Of a DNA stretch of 32,000 bases, positions 30,871 to 32,000 are shown one piece after another. Where the stretch lies: contig CP006868.1 in assembly GCA_025340205.1 (NCBI GenBank), forward strand, positions 1,500,001 to 1,532,000, written 5' to 3'. The notes beneath the pieces were generated by a model, which did no database searches, was not told where the DNA came from, and saw only the letters and a list, made by a program, of their open reading frames with translations. The DNA is from Ignicoccus pacificus DSM 13166. Its GTDB lineage: Archaea; Thermoproteota; Thermoprotei_A; Sulfolobales; Ignicoccaceae. How positions within the stretch are numbered: the stretch's first letter is position 1; each line of letters begins with the position of its first letter. The position numbers and the translations under genes are program-made.

Positions 30871-31344
30871 TTGAAGGCGTTGAAGGTAAGCAAGATAAAG
30901 AACGGGACGGTGATAGATCACATCCCAGCCGGCAGAGCCTTAGACGTGCTAAGGCTGTTGGGAATTACCGGAAAGGAGGGGTTCATGATATTGGTTGCTA
31001 TGAACGTCAGCTCCTCTAAGCTAAAGGGTGGTAAGAAGGACTTAGTAAAAATTGAAGGAAAGTACTTGACTCCGAGAGAGGCAGAAACCATAGCGCTGAT
31101 AGCTCCAACGGCTACTATAAATATAATTAAGGACGGAGAAGTAGTCGAGAAGATCAACGTGAGCATCCCGGACGTGATCGAAGGTATCGTGAGGTGCCCC
31201 AACCCTACTTGCATATCTAGAAAGGAGGACGAACCCATAAAGTCCAAGTTCAGGGTTATCAACAAATCTCCCTTGAGGCTCCAATGCTACTACTGCGAGA
31301 CTGAGCTGGAGGAAGAGGACCTATCGAAGTACGTGGTGGGATAA
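30871..31344 (+). CDS. pyrI: aspartate carbamoyltransferase regulatory subunit
   Basis: 157-aa ORF with a TTG start 1 nt after the pyrB stop. It has LKVSKIKNGTVIDHIPAG and a Zn-binding Cys cluster CPNPTCIS...LQCYYCE. Confidence 0.93.
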   Translation: MKALKVSKIKNGTVIDHIPAGRALDVLRLLGITGKEGFMILVAMNVSSSKLKGGKKDLVKIEGKYLTPREAETIALIAPTATINIIKDGEVVEKINVSIPDVIEGIVRCPNPTCISRKEDEPIKSKFRVINKSPLRLQCYYCETELEEEDLSKYVVG

Positions 31345-32000
31345 TGTTTAACTTTAAGGTCAAGGAAGTTCTCAGGGCTAAAAGGCTCAACAAAAACACC
31401 TACCACCTCTACGTGAGGTGGGACGAAAAGCCTCCGGTAGGCACCTTCTTCATGGTCTGGCTCCCTGGCTTCGAAGCGATCCCCCTCTCGGTCTCAGGAT
31501 GGTACAGAGGGGCGGTTAGGTTTACTATTCAAGTGAGGGGTCCGACCACTAAAGCCCTCTTCTGGGCGACCAAGGTAGGCCTCATGGGTCCTCTAGGCAG
31601 GGAAGCTCCTCCTCCCCTAGGTAAGCCCACTTTGGTGGCGGGGGGAATAGGGATAGCCCCCTTACTTTACATGTATGAGGAATGGGGAGGAACCCTCTTA
31701 TACGGAGGTAGGAGCGCTAAGGACCTAATACCAGTCGAAGGGGCGATCATCTCCACGGACGACGGAAGCAAGGGGAAGAAGGGGACGGTACTAGACTTGC
31801 TGGAGGAGGTCGGAGCTAAGAGGGACATCTACGCTTGCGGACCTCCAGCCATGCTCAAGGCATTAGGTCAAATGAGTAGGGAGAAAGACTTAAGAGGGTA
31901 TGGAAGTACGGAGACCATGGTTAAGTGCGGAATGGGAATATGCGGAGCTTGCGCCATAAGCAAGAGGTTGCTGTGCAAGGAACCGTGGATTCCATTACGA
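31344..32000 (+). CDS. pyrK: dihydroorotate dehydrogenase electron-transfer subunit (PyrK-like), partial at the window end
   Basis: Not in the track because it runs off the window. Its ATG overlaps the pyrI stop (TAATG). Manual translation gives MFNFKVKEVLRAKRLNKNTYHLYVRWDEKPPVGTFFMVWLPG...TLVAGGIGIAPLLYM...YACGPPAMLKAL...VKCGMGICGACAI... This shows NAD-binding GGIGIAP and 2Fe-2S CGxGxCGxC motifs. Confidence 0.85.
   Translation, partial: MFNFKVKEVLRAKRLNKNTYHLYVRWDEKPPVGTFFMVWLPGFEAIPLSVSGWYRGAVRFTIQVRGPTTKALFWATKVGLMGPLGREAPPPLGKPTLVAGGIGIAPLLYMYEEWGGTLLYGGRSAKDLIPVEGAIISTDDGSKGKKGTVLDLLEEVGAKRDIYACGPPAMLKALGQMSREKDLRGYGSTETMVKCGMGICGACAISKRLLCKEPWIPLR

Overview
Archaeal chromosomal window. 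The ribosomal proteins are archaeal-type, and the rRNAs are very GC-rich against roughly 50% GC coding DNA, so the source is probably a hyperthermophile, likely Thermoproteota-like. I cannot name the species. All calls rest on manual reading and on motifs recalled from memory; no searches were run.

Content from left to right:
- A partial DUF885 gene.
- The conserved minus-strand cluster S19e, PDCD5-like, L39e, L31e, aIF6.
- A visibly AT-richer island (3375-6596) with a large Thr-rich beta-propeller surface protein and a frameshifted IS6-like transposase.
- A stand-alone TrpB2.
- 23S rRNA on the minus strand.
- About 5.9 kb of protein-coding DNA: a beta-propeller protein, a DUF2079 membrane protein, an SDR epimerase, a 489-aa PIN-containing protein and a decayed vapBC pair.
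- 16S rRNA on the minus strand.
- LeuRS, a small pilin-like protein, a SIS-domain 6-phospho-3-hexuloisomerase, tRNA-Glu(CUC), a TM1410/MJ1477-like protein, membrane and small proteins, ACD alpha, and pyrB-pyrI-pyrK.

Main observations:
1. The 16S and 23S genes are unlinked. Each is preceded by its own copy of a perfectly identical 83-nt TATA-plus-leader segment, and each has its own bulge-helix-bulge processing stem.
2. The 16S gene is only about 1436 nt because almost all of helix 44 is missing.
3. An orphan gene with a Rossmann-like (possibly CARF-like) N-terminus and a PIN C-terminus sits between the rRNA genes. No CRISPR array or cas gene is in the window.
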